Shown one piece after another: positions 18,311-28,218 of a DNA stretch of 64,000 nt. Where the stretch lies: NCBI GenBank assembly GCA_965277805.1, contig OZ255842.1, positions 4,032,001-4,096,000 on the forward strand, given 5' to 3'. A model generated the notes under the pieces. The model did no database searches. It worked only from the letters and a program-made list of their open reading frames with translations, and was not told where the DNA came from. Origin of the DNA: Candidatus Lustribacter sp. (GTDB lineage: Bacteria; Vulcanimicrobiota; Vulcanimicrobiia; Vulcanimicrobiales; Vulcanimicrobiaceae). Position 1 is the stretch's first letter, and every line of letters begins with the position of its first letter. The position numbers and the translations under genes are program-made.

Positions 18311-19980
18311 CGCGCCTCCGGAACGCGTGCGCCGTTCGTCACGCGCTGCTGGAGCACGTAAAGCCCGAACACGAACGCCACGAGCAGTACGCTGAGCGCC
18401 GCGACGCGCGTGCCCTCACCCTGTTGCCAGTAACTCAAAAGTTGGACCGATGCGACCTCGCTGCCGAACCCGTACAGCATGACCGCCACCGACAGCTCGC
18501 GCGAGAACAGCGTCGCCAGGGTGAACCATGCCGAGACCAACCCGGGCATGATGAGCGGCACCACGATGCGCCGCAGCGTCGTCCCCGCGTTCGCGCCGTG
18601 CACGGCCGACGCTTCCTCGAGATCCGGGCTGAGCTGCGCGAGCACGCTGCCGGTCGAGCGCATCGCGAGCGGAATGCCGAGCGTGATGAAGCCGGCGAGA
18701 ACGCCCCAGAACGTGCCGTACATTCCCGGAACGTTGATGTAGGTCCATAACAGCGCGACGCCGAGGACGAGTCCGGGAATCGCCCACGGAATGAGCAGCA
18801 CCGCGTCGATCGCGATGCGGCCGAACCGGATCTTGCGGATCAGGGCGAAGCTGACCAGAGCGCCGATCGCGACGCATACCGTGCTGGCGACGAACATCAG
18901 CGCGACGGTGTTGAGCAGCGCGCGCTGCGTCGTTGCATCCGTAAGGATGAACTGGTAGTTGGCCAACGTTGCGAGCTTCGGATCGTAATTGCCGAGAAAC
19001 TTCCAGAACGACGACAGCACGATCGCGCCGAGCGGCAGGAGCACCAGCGCCAGATATCCCCAAGCGGCGATGAGGCACGGAACCTTCGACTTCCGCAGCT
19101 TGATCCGCCGCGGTTGAAAGCCTTTGCCGGTGACGGTCGCGCGCGTTTGCTGCAGCCGCGCCGCAACGGCCACGATCACGAGCGCGCCCGTTCCGACCAG
19201 CACGCTCAGCGAGATCGCCGTGCCGTAATGCGGCGGCGTCTGCACCTTCAGCGCATCGTAGATGAAGTTGATGAACACGTAGATGCCCGCCGGCGTTCCC
19301 AAGATCTGCGGGACTTCGAAGGCCTCGATCGCCCGGATGAATGCGATGATCGCAAACGGCAGAAACGCCGGCATCAGGAGCGGCACCGAAATCGTGCGAA
19401 ACACATACCATGGCGATGCGCCGCTCAAGCGCGCAGAATCTTCGAGGCTCGGATCGGAATTACCGAGCGGGCCGAGCATCATCAAGTAGATGAATCCGGC
19501 CGCGGGAAAGGACATCACGAGCGCGACTCCGCCGTAGGAATAGACGTCGATCGCGTTGCCGGTGCCGTGCGTGAGCCCGCGGAAGAACAGGTTGATGACG
19601 CCGTTGTCCGGGTTGCCGAGGATCGCCCAGCCGATCGCGACGACGAGGCTCGGCGCGAGAAACGGAACGATCGCGACGACGCTGAGGACGCGCCGGCCGG
19701 GAATGTCGGTGCGCGCGACGAGCCAGGCGAGAAAGAACCCGGCACTCAGGGCGAGTACCGTCGCGGCGAGCGCGATCCAAAAGGTCGTCACGGCCACCGA
19801 CCAGACGCGCGGATTCAGCAGCACGCTCGCGTAATTTGCCAGCGTCCACGCGCCGCCGGCGCCCGGGGGCGCGTCGCGAAAACTGCTCGCGATCAGCGTG
19901 CCGGCGGGAACGGCGATCAGCAGCAGCGGGGGCGCGATCACCGCCCACCACAGCCACGCATTGCCCCTAAGAGGTTTCAC
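18307..19980 (-). CDS. ABC transporter permease, fused double domain (FbpB-like)
   Basis: Two EAA loops ('LEDSARLSGA', 'LEEASAVHGA'); GTG start 19980 (TTG 19992 possible). Confidence 0.9.
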   Translation of the reverse strand: MKPLRGNAWLWWAVIAPPLLLIAVPAGTLIASSFRDAPPGAGGAWTLANYASVLLNPRVWSVAVTTFWIALAATVLALSAGFFLAWLVARTDIPGRRVLSVVAIVPFLAPSLVVAIGWAILGNPDNGVINLFFRGLTHGTGNAIDVYSYGGVALVMSFPAAGFIYLMMLGPLGNSDPSLEDSARLSGASPWYVFRTISVPLLMPAFLPFAIIAFIRAIEAFEVPQILGTPAGIYVFINFIYDALKVQTPPHYGTAISLSVLVGTGALVIVAVAARLQQTRATVTGKGFQPRRIKLRKSKVPCLIAAWGYLALVLLPLGAIVLSSFWKFLGNYDPKLATLANYQFILTDATTQRALLNTVALMFVASTVCVAIGALVSFALIRKIRFGRIAIDAVLLIPWAIPGLVLGVALLWTYINVPGMYGTFWGVLAGFITLGIPLAMRSTGSVLAQLSPDLEEASAVHGANAGTTLRRIVVPLIMPGLVSAWFTLATLFSRELSVAVMLYGFGSEVASVQLLSYWQQGEGTRVAALSVLLVAFVFGLYVLQQRVTNGARVPEAR

Positions 19981-20007
19981 GAAGCGTTCCAAACACGATA
20001 GGGAGCC

Positions 20008-21048
20008 ATGACGCCTCGTATGCCGTTCATCCTGCGCGCCCTTGTTGCGGGCGGCGCCGCACTGGCCTTGCTCACCCACGGTGCCGCTGCCGATAGCACC
20101 TCGCAAGCCGACAAAGAAGGCGCCGTCGTTTGGTACACCGCGCCCGGCACGGCGGCGCAGCTGGCGCCCGCGCTGGCCGTGTGGTCGAAGCAGCACCCGA
20201 GCATCAAGATCGACATCGTCGAGACGCCGGGACCCGACGGGATGGAACGCGTGCGCACCGAGCAGCGCGCGCATCATATCGTCGCCGATCTGTTTTCTCA
20301 AGGCGACATCGGTACGTGGCAAGCCGTTCAAGGCGGGCTCTACCAAACGTTCGATCCGGCCGGCATGCCGAATCTGCGCACCGTTTCCGCGAAGGTCACG
20401 CCGTTTCTCGACAAGGGGCGGCACGTCGTTCCGATTTATCTGATGGGCTACGGCATCACCGTCAATACGCAAACGCTCCCGCAAGCGGATTGGCCGCAAA
20501 CCTGGAAGGACGTGCTGAAGCCGAACGCCGTCAAGACGCTCGGCATTCACGACCTGGGCGCGATCGGCGGCGGCCTCTCGTTCTACATGATCGGCCAGCA
20601 GCCGCTCGGGGACGCGTTCTTCAAAGCGCTCGTGGCCGCGAAGCCGCGCGTCTTCTCGCGCGCGCCGGAACAAGAGAACGCGGTCGATACCGGGCAGCGC
20701 GGCGTGATCATCCCGGCCTCGATGCAGAACTACGAGGAGTCGAATGCCAAGAACGCGCCGATCAAGTTCATCGTGCCGCGCGACGGCATGTTCTTCGTCG
20801 CAATCTACAACGGCATCGTTGCGGGCGCGCCGCATCGGGCCGCCGCGGAACTCTTCCTGAACTTCTTGCTGAGCCCGGCGGCACAGTCCGCGATTGCCCG
20901 CTCGGGCAACGTGCCGGTTATCAACACGACGATCTCGCCGATCGAATTGAGCCGCGTGAAGTTCTTGGGCACCGGCGTCACCACGCGGGCCCAGGGCGAA
21001 CGGCTGCCCGATTACATCAAGGCCGGGCAAGCGCTGATGGGACAGTAG
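20008..21048 (+). CDS. ABC transporter substrate-binding protein (Fe3+/thiamine/polyamine AfuA-like)
   Basis: Signal peptide, 'KEGAVVWYT', 'APHRAAAELFLNFLLS'. Confidence 0.85.
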   Translation: MTPRMPFILRALVAGGAALALLTHGAAADSTSQADKEGAVVWYTAPGTAAQLAPALAVWSKQHPSIKIDIVETPGPDGMERVRTEQRAHHIVADLFSQGDIGTWQAVQGGLYQTFDPAGMPNLRTVSAKVTPFLDKGRHVVPIYLMGYGITVNTQTLPQADWPQTWKDVLKPNAVKTLGIHDLGAIGGGLSFYMIGQQPLGDAFFKALVAAKPRVFSRAPEQENAVDTGQRGVIIPASMQNYEESNAKNAPIKFIVPRDGMFFVAIYNGIVAGAPHRAAAELFLNFLLSPAAQSAIARSGNVPVINTTISPIELSRVKFLGTGVTTRAQGERLPDYIKAGQALMGQ

Positions 21049-21080
21049 CGGGGAGTTTTTATCCCAGGATATCTGACGGC

Positions 21081-21109
21081 TTGCCGCACCTCCCCGCCTG
21101 TGCGATTCT
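21081..21109 (+). promoter_or_regulatory. Putative sigma70-type promoter of the aromatic catabolism operon
   Basis: TTGCCG-N17-GATTCT with a TGn extension, 9 nt upstream of the TTG start at 21119. Confidence 0.4.
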
Positions 21110-21118
21110 TGAAGTGCC

Positions 21119-22438
21119 TTGCTGAGCGTTGAAGACAACGAGCTACTGACCCGCGTGACGGGCGAGGCCCCGATGGGGCGCGTGCTGCGGTCGTTCTGGC
21201 TGCCGTTCCTGTTCAGTTGGGAAGTCGAGGCGGCGGGACCGCCGCTGCGCGTACGGCTCTTCGGCGAAGACCTAATCGCCTTTCGCGCCGAGAACGGGAA
21301 GGTCGCGCTCGTGGGCGAGCACTGCCCGCACCGCCGCGCCTCGCTCTACTTCGGGCGCAACGAAGACGGCGGCGTCCGCTGCCTCTATCACGGCTGGAAG
21401 TTCGACCGCACCGGGTCGTGCGTCGACATGCCGAGCGAACCCGAAGAGAGCAGTTTCAAAGCGAAAGTCGGCATCGCCGCGTACGCGTGTGAAGAACGCT
21501 GCGGCGTCGTGTGGACCTACATGGGACCCAATCAAAGCGCGCCGCCGCCGCTTCCGCGGCTCGAATGGATGGAACTGCCCGAGAGCCACCATGTCGGCGG
21601 CAAGCGCGTGCAGCCGACGAACTGGGCGCAGGCGCTGGAAGGCGAGATCGATCAGAGCCACGTGTCCTTCGTGCACAGCCGGCTCGACGCGGGCCGCAAC
21701 GGTGCAAAGCCCAACGTCGACCAGATCCGCGCCGTCGACAAGCATCCGCACTTCGAAGTCGTCGAAATGCCGTACGGGCACTGCATCGCAGCCGGCCGCA
21801 ACACGCCCGACGGACAGAAATACTGGCGCATCACGCAACAGCTGCTGCCGACCTTCGCGATGACCGGTCCGTACGGGCCCGACCCCAAGCGCATGTGGCG
21901 TTCGTGGGTGCCGATCGACGATGAGAACGTATTGGTGCTCGGCTTGCAATTTCATCCGCGCCGCCCGCTCACCGATGTCGAGCGTTCGAGCGCGCTCGAG
22001 CGTTCGTCGGTCTGGAACATTTCCGCGAAATTCAAGGCCGCGCCGTCGTCGAAAGCCTTCGGCAACTGGTACGCCAACGCGACGCTCGAAAACGACTACT
22101 TCCAAGATCGTGAAGCGCAGCGCACGTCGACGTTTTCCGGGATTCCCGAGTTTTGGGCGCAGGACGCCGCGATGCAGGTCAGCATGGGAACGGTGTGCGA
22201 CCGATCGCAAGAGCATCTCGGCACGAGCGATCTCGCGATCATCTCGGTGCGCAAGCGGCTCCTCGCCGCCGCGAAAGCGATGCAGGCCGCGGGCACCGTT
22301 CCGCCCGAGTCGCTGCAGCCCGATGCCTACGCGGTGCGTTCGGACGCGATCATTCTCGCGCCCGATCTCTCGTGGTTCGAATCGACGAAAGAGCGACGCC
22401 TCGCCATCGCCGGCACGAACCCGGATTGCCCCTCATAA
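21119..22438 (+). CDS. Rieske non-heme iron oxygenase alpha subunit (phthalate 4,5-dioxygenase/LigXa family)
   Basis: CPHR...CLYHGW Rieske motif; 'EGEIDQSHVSFVH'; 'QDAAMQ'; 'EHLGTSD'. Confidence 0.9.
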   Translation: MLSVEDNELLTRVTGEAPMGRVLRSFWLPFLFSWEVEAAGPPLRVRLFGEDLIAFRAENGKVALVGEHCPHRRASLYFGRNEDGGVRCLYHGWKFDRTGSCVDMPSEPEESSFKAKVGIAAYACEERCGVVWTYMGPNQSAPPPLPRLEWMELPESHHVGGKRVQPTNWAQALEGEIDQSHVSFVHSRLDAGRNGAKPNVDQIRAVDKHPHFEVVEMPYGHCIAAGRNTPDGQKYWRITQQLLPTFAMTGPYGPDPKRMWRSWVPIDDENVLVLGLQFHPRRPLTDVERSSALERSSVWNISAKFKAAPSSKAFGNWYANATLENDYFQDREAQRTSTFSGIPEFWAQDAAMQVSMGTVCDRSQEHLGTSDLAIISVRKRLLAAAKAMQAAGTVPPESLQPDAYAVRSDAIILAPDLSWFESTKERRLAIAGTNPDCPS

Positions 22439-22441
22439 CGT

Positions 22442-23293
22442 ATGGCTGAACTCGTCGAGATCATCGGACTCACGCACAACCCGTTTCTGCCGAAACTGCT
22501 GCTCGAGGGCGGCGACGATCCCGTACTCGAGCAAATCGCCGCCGATTACGCGTACATGCACGACCGGCTGGCCGCTGCGCGTGCCGACGTGATCGTCGTG
22601 ATCGCAAGCGACCACCTCAACCAGTGGTTCATGGATAACATGCCCGCATTTCTCGTGGGCAAGGCGCCGCGCACGAACGGTCCGTTTCCGCACGAGTGCC
22701 GCGCGTTCGGCTTGAAAACGTACGAGGCGAGCATCGACGTCGACCTCGCGAAGTGGTTCGTCGCGCGCGGGTTCGACGAGCACGTCGACTTCGCGTTCTC
22801 CGATGAGTTTCTGATCGACCACGCCTTCACGGTTCCGTTGATGTTCGTGCGCCCCGAGATGGATCTCCCGATCGTTCCGGTTTGGACCAACGTGATGGCG
22901 CCGCCGCTGCCGCCGGCAACGCGGTTCTTCGAAGTCGGCGAAGCGCTCACGCGCTTGATCGCATCGGCACCGGGGAAGCAGCGCGTCGCCGTCGTGACGA
23001 GCGGACATTTCGCGGTCGAAGTCGGCGGGCCGAAGCCGAACACCGCCGGCTCGACGGACGAAGCGTTCGACCGGCGGATGATGCAGCTGATCGCCGACGG
23101 CGACGCGGCGAGCGTCGTGCGCGATGCGACGTTCGAGCGCCTCATGCAAGCCGGCAACGTCACGCCCGGTTTTCTCAACTACGTGCTGCTGCTCGGCATG
23201 GCGGGCGGACGTAAACCGACGGCGACGGCGCTGCGCTTTCCCGCCGCGACCACCGCCGTCTACTACATGGAATGGGCACTGGGAGGCACCTGA
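22442..23293 (+). CDS. Class III extradiol ring-cleavage dioxygenase, LigB superfamily
   Basis: 'THNP', 'SDHLNQW', 'DHAFTVP', 'SGHFAVEVGGP'. Confidence 0.82.
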   Translation: MAELVEIIGLTHNPFLPKLLLEGGDDPVLEQIAADYAYMHDRLAAARADVIVVIASDHLNQWFMDNMPAFLVGKAPRTNGPFPHECRAFGLKTYEASIDVDLAKWFVARGFDEHVDFAFSDEFLIDHAFTVPLMFVRPEMDLPIVPVWTNVMAPPLPPATRFFEVGEALTRLIASAPGKQRVAVVTSGHFAVEVGGPKPNTAGSTDEAFDRRMMQLIADGDAASVVRDATFERLMQAGNVTPGFLNYVLLLGMAGGRKPTATALRFPAATTAVYYMEWALGGT

Positions 23294-23295
23294 CG

Positions 23296-23586
23296 ATGAG
23301 CCGCTACAGCGTCGACAAGGTTTTGCGCCGCGTCATCACCGATGCGCAGGCGAAAGAATCATTTCTTGCCGGTCGCGAAGCGTTTCTCGCCGGCTTCGAA
23401 CTCGACGCAAACGAACACCGTGCGCTGACCGAGGTGGATCTGACCGCCCTCTACCGGATGGGTGCGCACCCGTTTCTCATCGTCGGTTTCGGCGGCGCGA
23501 CCGCCCCGCCGGCCGAACGCCACGCGCGCATGGACGCGTATCAAAAAAGTTTAGCGGGACTCGGCTATCCCGACTACAGCACCTGA
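23296..23586 (+). CDS. LigA-like small subunit of extradiol dioxygenase
   Basis: 'MSRYSVDKVLR...FELDANEHRAL...LYRMGAHPFL'; adjacent to the LigB-like gene. Confidence 0.7.
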   Translation: MSRYSVDKVLRRVITDAQAKESFLAGREAFLAGFELDANEHRALTEVDLTALYRMGAHPFLIVGFGGATAPPAERHARMDAYQKSLAGLGYPDYST

Positions 23587-23605
23587 TCCCACGAAGGAGC
23601 AGCGC

Positions 23606-24763
23606 ATGCGCATTCTTGCAACGGCACTCATCCTGGCAGTCGTCTCGCTCTCGCCCGGACAAGCCGGTGCTCAGGCGACGGTGACCCTCGACATCCTCTT
23701 GCCGCTGACCGGATCCGCGGCGTATTCCGGCGCCGCACAACAGCAAGTCGCCAAAATCTACGAAGCCCAGATCAACAAGACCGGCGGCATTCACGGCGTT
23801 CCGCTCCATTTCGAATTCTTCGACGATCAGAGCAATCCGGCCGTGGCCGTGCAGATTACGAACGACTTATTGCAAAAGCACCCGGTCGCGATTCTGGGGC
23901 CGAGCGTGACCGCAACGTGCGCCGCGGTCGCGCCGCTGTTCGCCAACGGCCCGGTCAACTATTGCTTATCGCCCTCGACCTTGCCCGAGCACGGCAGTTA
24001 CGTGTTCGCCTCGGCCGTCACGCTGCACAACGTCGAGATGGCGATGTTCAGCAAGGCGAAGAAGATGGGCTTCAAGCGGATCGGCCTGATCGCCGCAACT
24101 GACGCGAGCGGCCAGCTTTCGCTGGGCTACATTCGCGAGTGGGCGGCGATGCCCGAGAACAAAGACACGCAGGTCGTCGACGTCGAGGCGTTCGCACCCG
24201 GCGATCTGAGCATCGCCGCGCAAGCATCGAAGCTGAAAGCCGCCAATCCCGACATCATCTACGTGTACGCGATCGGTACGGCATTCGGCACCGTGGTACG
24301 CGCGCTCTCGAACGCCGGCCTTTCAAACATTCCGACATATACGACGCCGGCCAACGGCGGCGCAACCCAGCTCAACACCTATCGCGCATTTTTGCCGGCG
24401 ACGCTGCTCACGTCCGGCATGCCGTATCAAGGCAATCTGACCAATCCCGCGATGAAGGCGGCGGCCGCCGAATACCTTGACGGACTGCGCGCCGCGGGGG
24501 TGAAGTTCGATCCCATGCAAACGTACGCGTGGGATCCGATCAAGATCACGGTCTCGGCGCTGCGCCAATTGCCGGCCGGCGCGACGGCGGCCCAGCTCCG
24601 TTCCTACTTGGAAAGTTTGCACGACTTCGCCGGTTTGTGGGGAGTCTACGATTTCCGCACCGGCGATCAGCACGGTCTCGACGGCCGTGACAGCATCTAC
24701 GTCTACTACGACGCCGCGCACGACACGTGGACGCCGTACGGCGGACCGAACGCAAAGGGCTGA
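23606..24763 (+). CDS. ABC substrate-binding protein, LivK/type I family
   Basis: 'LPLTGSAA', 'INKTGGIHG', 'DDQSNPAVAVQ'. Confidence 0.88.
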   Translation: MRILATALILAVVSLSPGQAGAQATVTLDILLPLTGSAAYSGAAQQQVAKIYEAQINKTGGIHGVPLHFEFFDDQSNPAVAVQITNDLLQKHPVAILGPSVTATCAAVAPLFANGPVNYCLSPSTLPEHGSYVFASAVTLHNVEMAMFSKAKKMGFKRIGLIAATDASGQLSLGYIREWAAMPENKDTQVVDVEAFAPGDLSIAAQASKLKAANPDIIYVYAIGTAFGTVVRALSNAGLSNIPTYTTPANGGATQLNTYRAFLPATLLTSGMPYQGNLTNPAMKAAAAEYLDGLRAAGVKFDPMQTYAWDPIKITVSALRQLPAGATAAQLRSYLESLHDFAGLWGVYDFRTGDQHGLDGRDSIYVYYDAAHDTWTPYGGPNAKG

Positions 24764-24766
24764 AGC

Positions 24767-25723
24767 ATGGCAGAGATCGTCTTGGGCATCGGTGCATCGC
24801 ACAGCCCGCAAGTGAGCACCCCGTGGGCGTTTTGGCCCAAGATGCGCCAAACCGACGAGGCCGGCCCGGTCGCGCCGCCCGACATGGACGCGCTGTTGCG
24901 CCCGCAGGTGCTCGAAGAGCGCTTCGACCGCGTGCAAGCGGCGGTCGAGCGCCTGAGCGGCGTGCTGCGCGCGGCCGCACCGCTCGACGCGATCGTGATC
25001 TTCGGTGACGATCAGCACGAACAGTTCGACGAAGACAACATGCCGGCCATCGCCGTCTACACCGGCGCGACGTGCAGCGTCTTGGAGCCGCGCCGCGCGC
25101 ACATCCCTTGGAACGGCACGGCGGACGAGCGCGCACAGCTCTCATCGCTGATGCAGAAGACGAGAACGGAATACCCGTGCTCGAACGCGCTGGCGCTGCA
25201 TTTGGTCGACGCGCTCACCGAGCAATCGTTCGATCTCACCCGCCTCGCGAAGCTCAACGAACGCGGTCTCGGGCATGCGTTCGCGTTTCTCTACCAGCGT
25301 CTGTGGCCGGAGTGCGACGTGCCGATCGTGCCCGTCATGCTCAACACCTACTATCCGCCGAATCAGCCGACGCCGGCGCGCAGCTATGCCCTCGGCCGCG
25401 CGGTGCGCGAGGCGATCGGCGCGTGGGATGGCGGCAACCGCGTTGCGGTGCTCGCGTCGGGCGGCTTGAGCCACATCGTGATGGACGAAGCCCTCGACCA
25501 TCAACTTCTCGACGGACTGCGCGAGCACGATCCGGCGAAATACACCGCAGTGCCGCGCACGAAACTGCGCGGCGGCACGTCGGAGGTTCTCAACTGGATC
25601 GCGCTCGGCGGTGCAGTCGGCCAAATGCCGATGACGCTGATCGACTACGCGGCCGGGTACCGCTCGCTGCCGACCACGGGCTGCGGTATGGCGTTCGCGT
25701 ATTGGGAGCCGGCTCGCGGGTGA
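24767..25723 (+). CDS. LigZ-like extradiol dioxygenase (LigB superfamily)
   Basis: 'MAEIVLGIGASH', 'GDDQ', 'NTYYPPNQPT', 'ASGGLSH', 'GTSEVLNW', recalled as typical of Sphingobium LigZ-type enzymes. Confidence 0.8.
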   Translation: MAEIVLGIGASHSPQVSTPWAFWPKMRQTDEAGPVAPPDMDALLRPQVLEERFDRVQAAVERLSGVLRAAAPLDAIVIFGDDQHEQFDEDNMPAIAVYTGATCSVLEPRRAHIPWNGTADERAQLSSLMQKTRTEYPCSNALALHLVDALTEQSFDLTRLAKLNERGLGHAFAFLYQRLWPECDVPIVPVMLNTYYPPNQPTPARSYALGRAVREAIGAWDGGNRVAVLASGGLSHIVMDEALDHQLLDGLREHDPAKYTAVPRTKLRGGTSEVLNWIALGGAVGQMPMTLIDYAAGYRSLPTTGCGMAFAYWEPARG

Positions 25724-25749
25724 ATCTGCAGGCTCGATGTGCTATTGCG

Positions 25750-26922
25750 ATGATCCGGCGGATTCTTTCCGCGCTTGCCGCCCTAGCGGTGCTTGCCGCC
25801 GCCGGCGGGGCGACGGCAGCGGAGACCTACAACATCGAGACCATCCTGCCGCTGACCGGGCCGAACTCGTTCGTCGGCAACGAGGAGCGCGAGGCGTTCG
25901 GCGTGCTGGAAACGCTGGCGAACCGCGGCGGGGGCGTTCACGGGCGCTCCATCCATTTCGCGATCCTGGATTCGCAATCGAGCCCGCAGCTGGCGGTGCA
26001 GCTGACGACGCAGCTCTTGCCCTCGCATCCGGCCGTTGTGATCGGTGACTCCGGCAACTCGACGTGCTCGGCGATGGCGCCGATCTTGGCCGGCGGCCCG
26101 GTACAGTTCTGTCTTTCGAACGGCTTCCGTCCGGTGCACGGCGGCAACTCCTACGTGATCGGCGCGTCGCCCGATCAACAGGCCGCAGCGTTTGCGAAGT
26201 ATGCGCGTGGCCGCGGCTGGCGGCGCATCGCACTGCTCAACGGCAATGACGCCACCGGCGATTCCGCCGAGACGGCGATGCTCACCGAACTCGCGAAGCC
26301 CGCCAACCGCGATTTGACGATGGTCGATAAGGAGCGCTTCAACGCAAGCGATATCAGCATCGGCGCGCAGCTGGCGAAGATTCGCGCCGCCGGCGCACAG
26401 GTGATCTCGACGTATAGCGTCGGTTCGTCGTTCGGCGTCGTCTTGCACGGTTTGCACGATGCCGGTCTCGACGTGCCCGTGTGCGCGAGCCAAGGCAACT
26501 TGTCGTACGTCGAGATGAAGCAGTTCGCCGGGATCATTCCGAGCGCGCTGTACTTCGTCTCCGGTCCGCTTCCGGCCGAAGGGCAGCCGGTCGCTGCGGG
26601 ACCGCTCAAGGCGACCGACATCGCCTACCTCAACGCGTTTCGCCGCGCTGGCATCAAACCCGATTGGGGTCATGCGGTCGCGTGGGATACCGGTTCGGTC
26701 GTCATCGGCGCGCTGCGCGCGCGCGGGCTCGATGCCGGACCGGCGCAACTGCACGGCTACTTCGACGGGCTTCACGACTTGCCGGCGATCCAGGGCATGC
26801 TCGACTTCCGCAACGGCTTGATGCGCGGCGTCGCCGACCTCCGCGTGCTGGCGTGGGACCGCGCGAAGGCAACGTGGTCGATCGTTTCACAAAACGGCGG
26901 CACGCCGATGCGCGCCGAATAG
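25750..26922 (+). CDS. ABC substrate-binding protein, LivK/type I family
   Basis: Signal peptide, 'LPLTGPNS', 'GGVHGR', 'DSQSSPQLAVQ'; paralog of the 23606 gene. Confidence 0.85.
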   Translation: MIRRILSALAALAVLAAAGGATAAETYNIETILPLTGPNSFVGNEEREAFGVLETLANRGGGVHGRSIHFAILDSQSSPQLAVQLTTQLLPSHPAVVIGDSGNSTCSAMAPILAGGPVQFCLSNGFRPVHGGNSYVIGASPDQQAAAFAKYARGRGWRRIALLNGNDATGDSAETAMLTELAKPANRDLTMVDKERFNASDISIGAQLAKIRAAGAQVISTYSVGSSFGVVLHGLHDAGLDVPVCASQGNLSYVEMKQFAGIIPSALYFVSGPLPAEGQPVAAGPLKATDIAYLNAFRRAGIKPDWGHAVAWDTGSVVIGALRARGLDAGPAQLHGYFDGLHDLPAIQGMLDFRNGLMRGVADLRVLAWDRAKATWSIVSQNGGTPMRAE

Positions 26923-26931
26923 GAGGCTGCC

Positions 26932-28209
26932 ATGCTGACGCGTGAAGAGAACGAACTGCTGTGCCGCATCGGGCCTGAGGCTCCGATGGGACGGATGCTG
27001 CGGCGCTACTGGATCCCCGCCGCGCTCAGCTCCGAGCTGGAAGCCGGCGGCGCGCCCCGGCGCGCGCGTTTGCTGGGCGAAGATTTCGTCGTCTTTCGCG
27101 GCGACGACGGGAACATCGGCGTGCTCGATGAGGCGTGTCCGCATCGCGGTGCCTCGCTCGTCCTCGCCCGCAACGAAGACTGCGCGCTGCGTTGCCTCTA
27201 CCACGGGTGGAAGGTCGATGCGGCGGGACGCGTCCTCGAGACGCCGGCCGAACCTCAGGAGCATCACTTCGCGGAGCGCGTTCGCGCCAACGCCTATCCG
27301 GCCTACGAGGCGGGCGGCATCGTGTGGACGTATCTCGGGGCGCCGGGCACCGAGCCGCGCAAGATGGAGTTCGACTGGATGTCGCTGCCGGCCGAACACC
27401 GGATCATCCAAAAGGCACGCGAGGAGTGCAACTGGGTGCAGTGCCTCGAGGGCGTGATCGATTCCGCGCACTCGGGCTTTCTGCACTCCAACGTGATCAA
27501 GCCGGTCGCGGGCGAGAAGACGATCATTCCCGAGGATCAGGGCAACACGCAGCGCCCGTCGGACGATTTGGCGCCGCGCATCGACGTCGAGAACACGCCG
27601 TACGGCTTTCGCTACGCGGCGATCCGCCGGCCGCTGATCGATCCGGAGGTGCGCGATTACGTTCGGGTGACGCTGTTCATCGCGCCGTTCATCTCGCTCT
27701 TCCCGGCGCCGAACGGTTGGACGAGTATGCAGATCTTCGTTCCGATGGACGACGAGCACACGATGTTCCACTTCGTCCAGATCCGGCACGACAAACCGCT
27801 CGACGAGCTCACCCGCACGCGCCGCGCCAAACGCTCCGGCATGCAGCTCGGCATCGACGTCGACCCGCTGACGTACCGGAAGGTCCGCAGCCGCGACAAT
27901 AACTGGCTGCAGGACCGCGCGTCGATGCGGACCGGCAGCTTCACCGGCATGCACGGCGTGAACAACGAGGACATCGCGATGCAAGAGAGCATGGGCCCCA
28001 TCTACGACCGCCGCAAAGAGCACCTCGGCGCGAGCGACGCCGCGGTGATCCGCATGCGGCGCGTCATGCTCGATGGGGTCCGCCGCTTCATCGACGACGG
28101 TGCGGCGCCGGTCGGCTTGGCCGAGCCGGTCGACTATGCGGCGCTGCGCGCCGTCGAACGGATGGTTCCGCACGGCGCGCGCTGGCAAGACGACCTCGTC
28201 GCGACGTAA
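26932..28209 (+). CDS. Rieske non-heme iron oxygenase alpha subunit (phthalate 4,5-dioxygenase/LigXa family), second copy
   Basis: CPHR...CLYHGW; 'EGVIDSAHSGFLH'; 'EDIAMQESMG'; AGGAGG SD. Confidence 0.92.
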   Translation: MLTREENELLCRIGPEAPMGRMLRRYWIPAALSSELEAGGAPRRARLLGEDFVVFRGDDGNIGVLDEACPHRGASLVLARNEDCALRCLYHGWKVDAAGRVLETPAEPQEHHFAERVRANAYPAYEAGGIVWTYLGAPGTEPRKMEFDWMSLPAEHRIIQKAREECNWVQCLEGVIDSAHSGFLHSNVIKPVAGEKTIIPEDQGNTQRPSDDLAPRIDVENTPYGFRYAAIRRPLIDPEVRDYVRVTLFIAPFISLFPAPNGWTSMQIFVPMDDEHTMFHFVQIRHDKPLDELTRTRRAKRSGMQLGIDVDPLTYRKVRSRDNNWLQDRASMRTGSFTGMHGVNNEDIAMQESMGPIYDRRKEHLGASDAAVIRMRRVMLDGVRRFIDDGAAPVGLAEPVDYAALRAVERMVPHGARWQDDLVAT

Positions 28210-28218
28210 CGCGCGGCG

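Noticed and set aside
19981-21138. Apparent ~390-aa N-terminal extension of the ABC permease (943-aa ORF)
   Set aside because: The extension is the antisense of the divergent SBP gene; permease-like sequence starts near 19980
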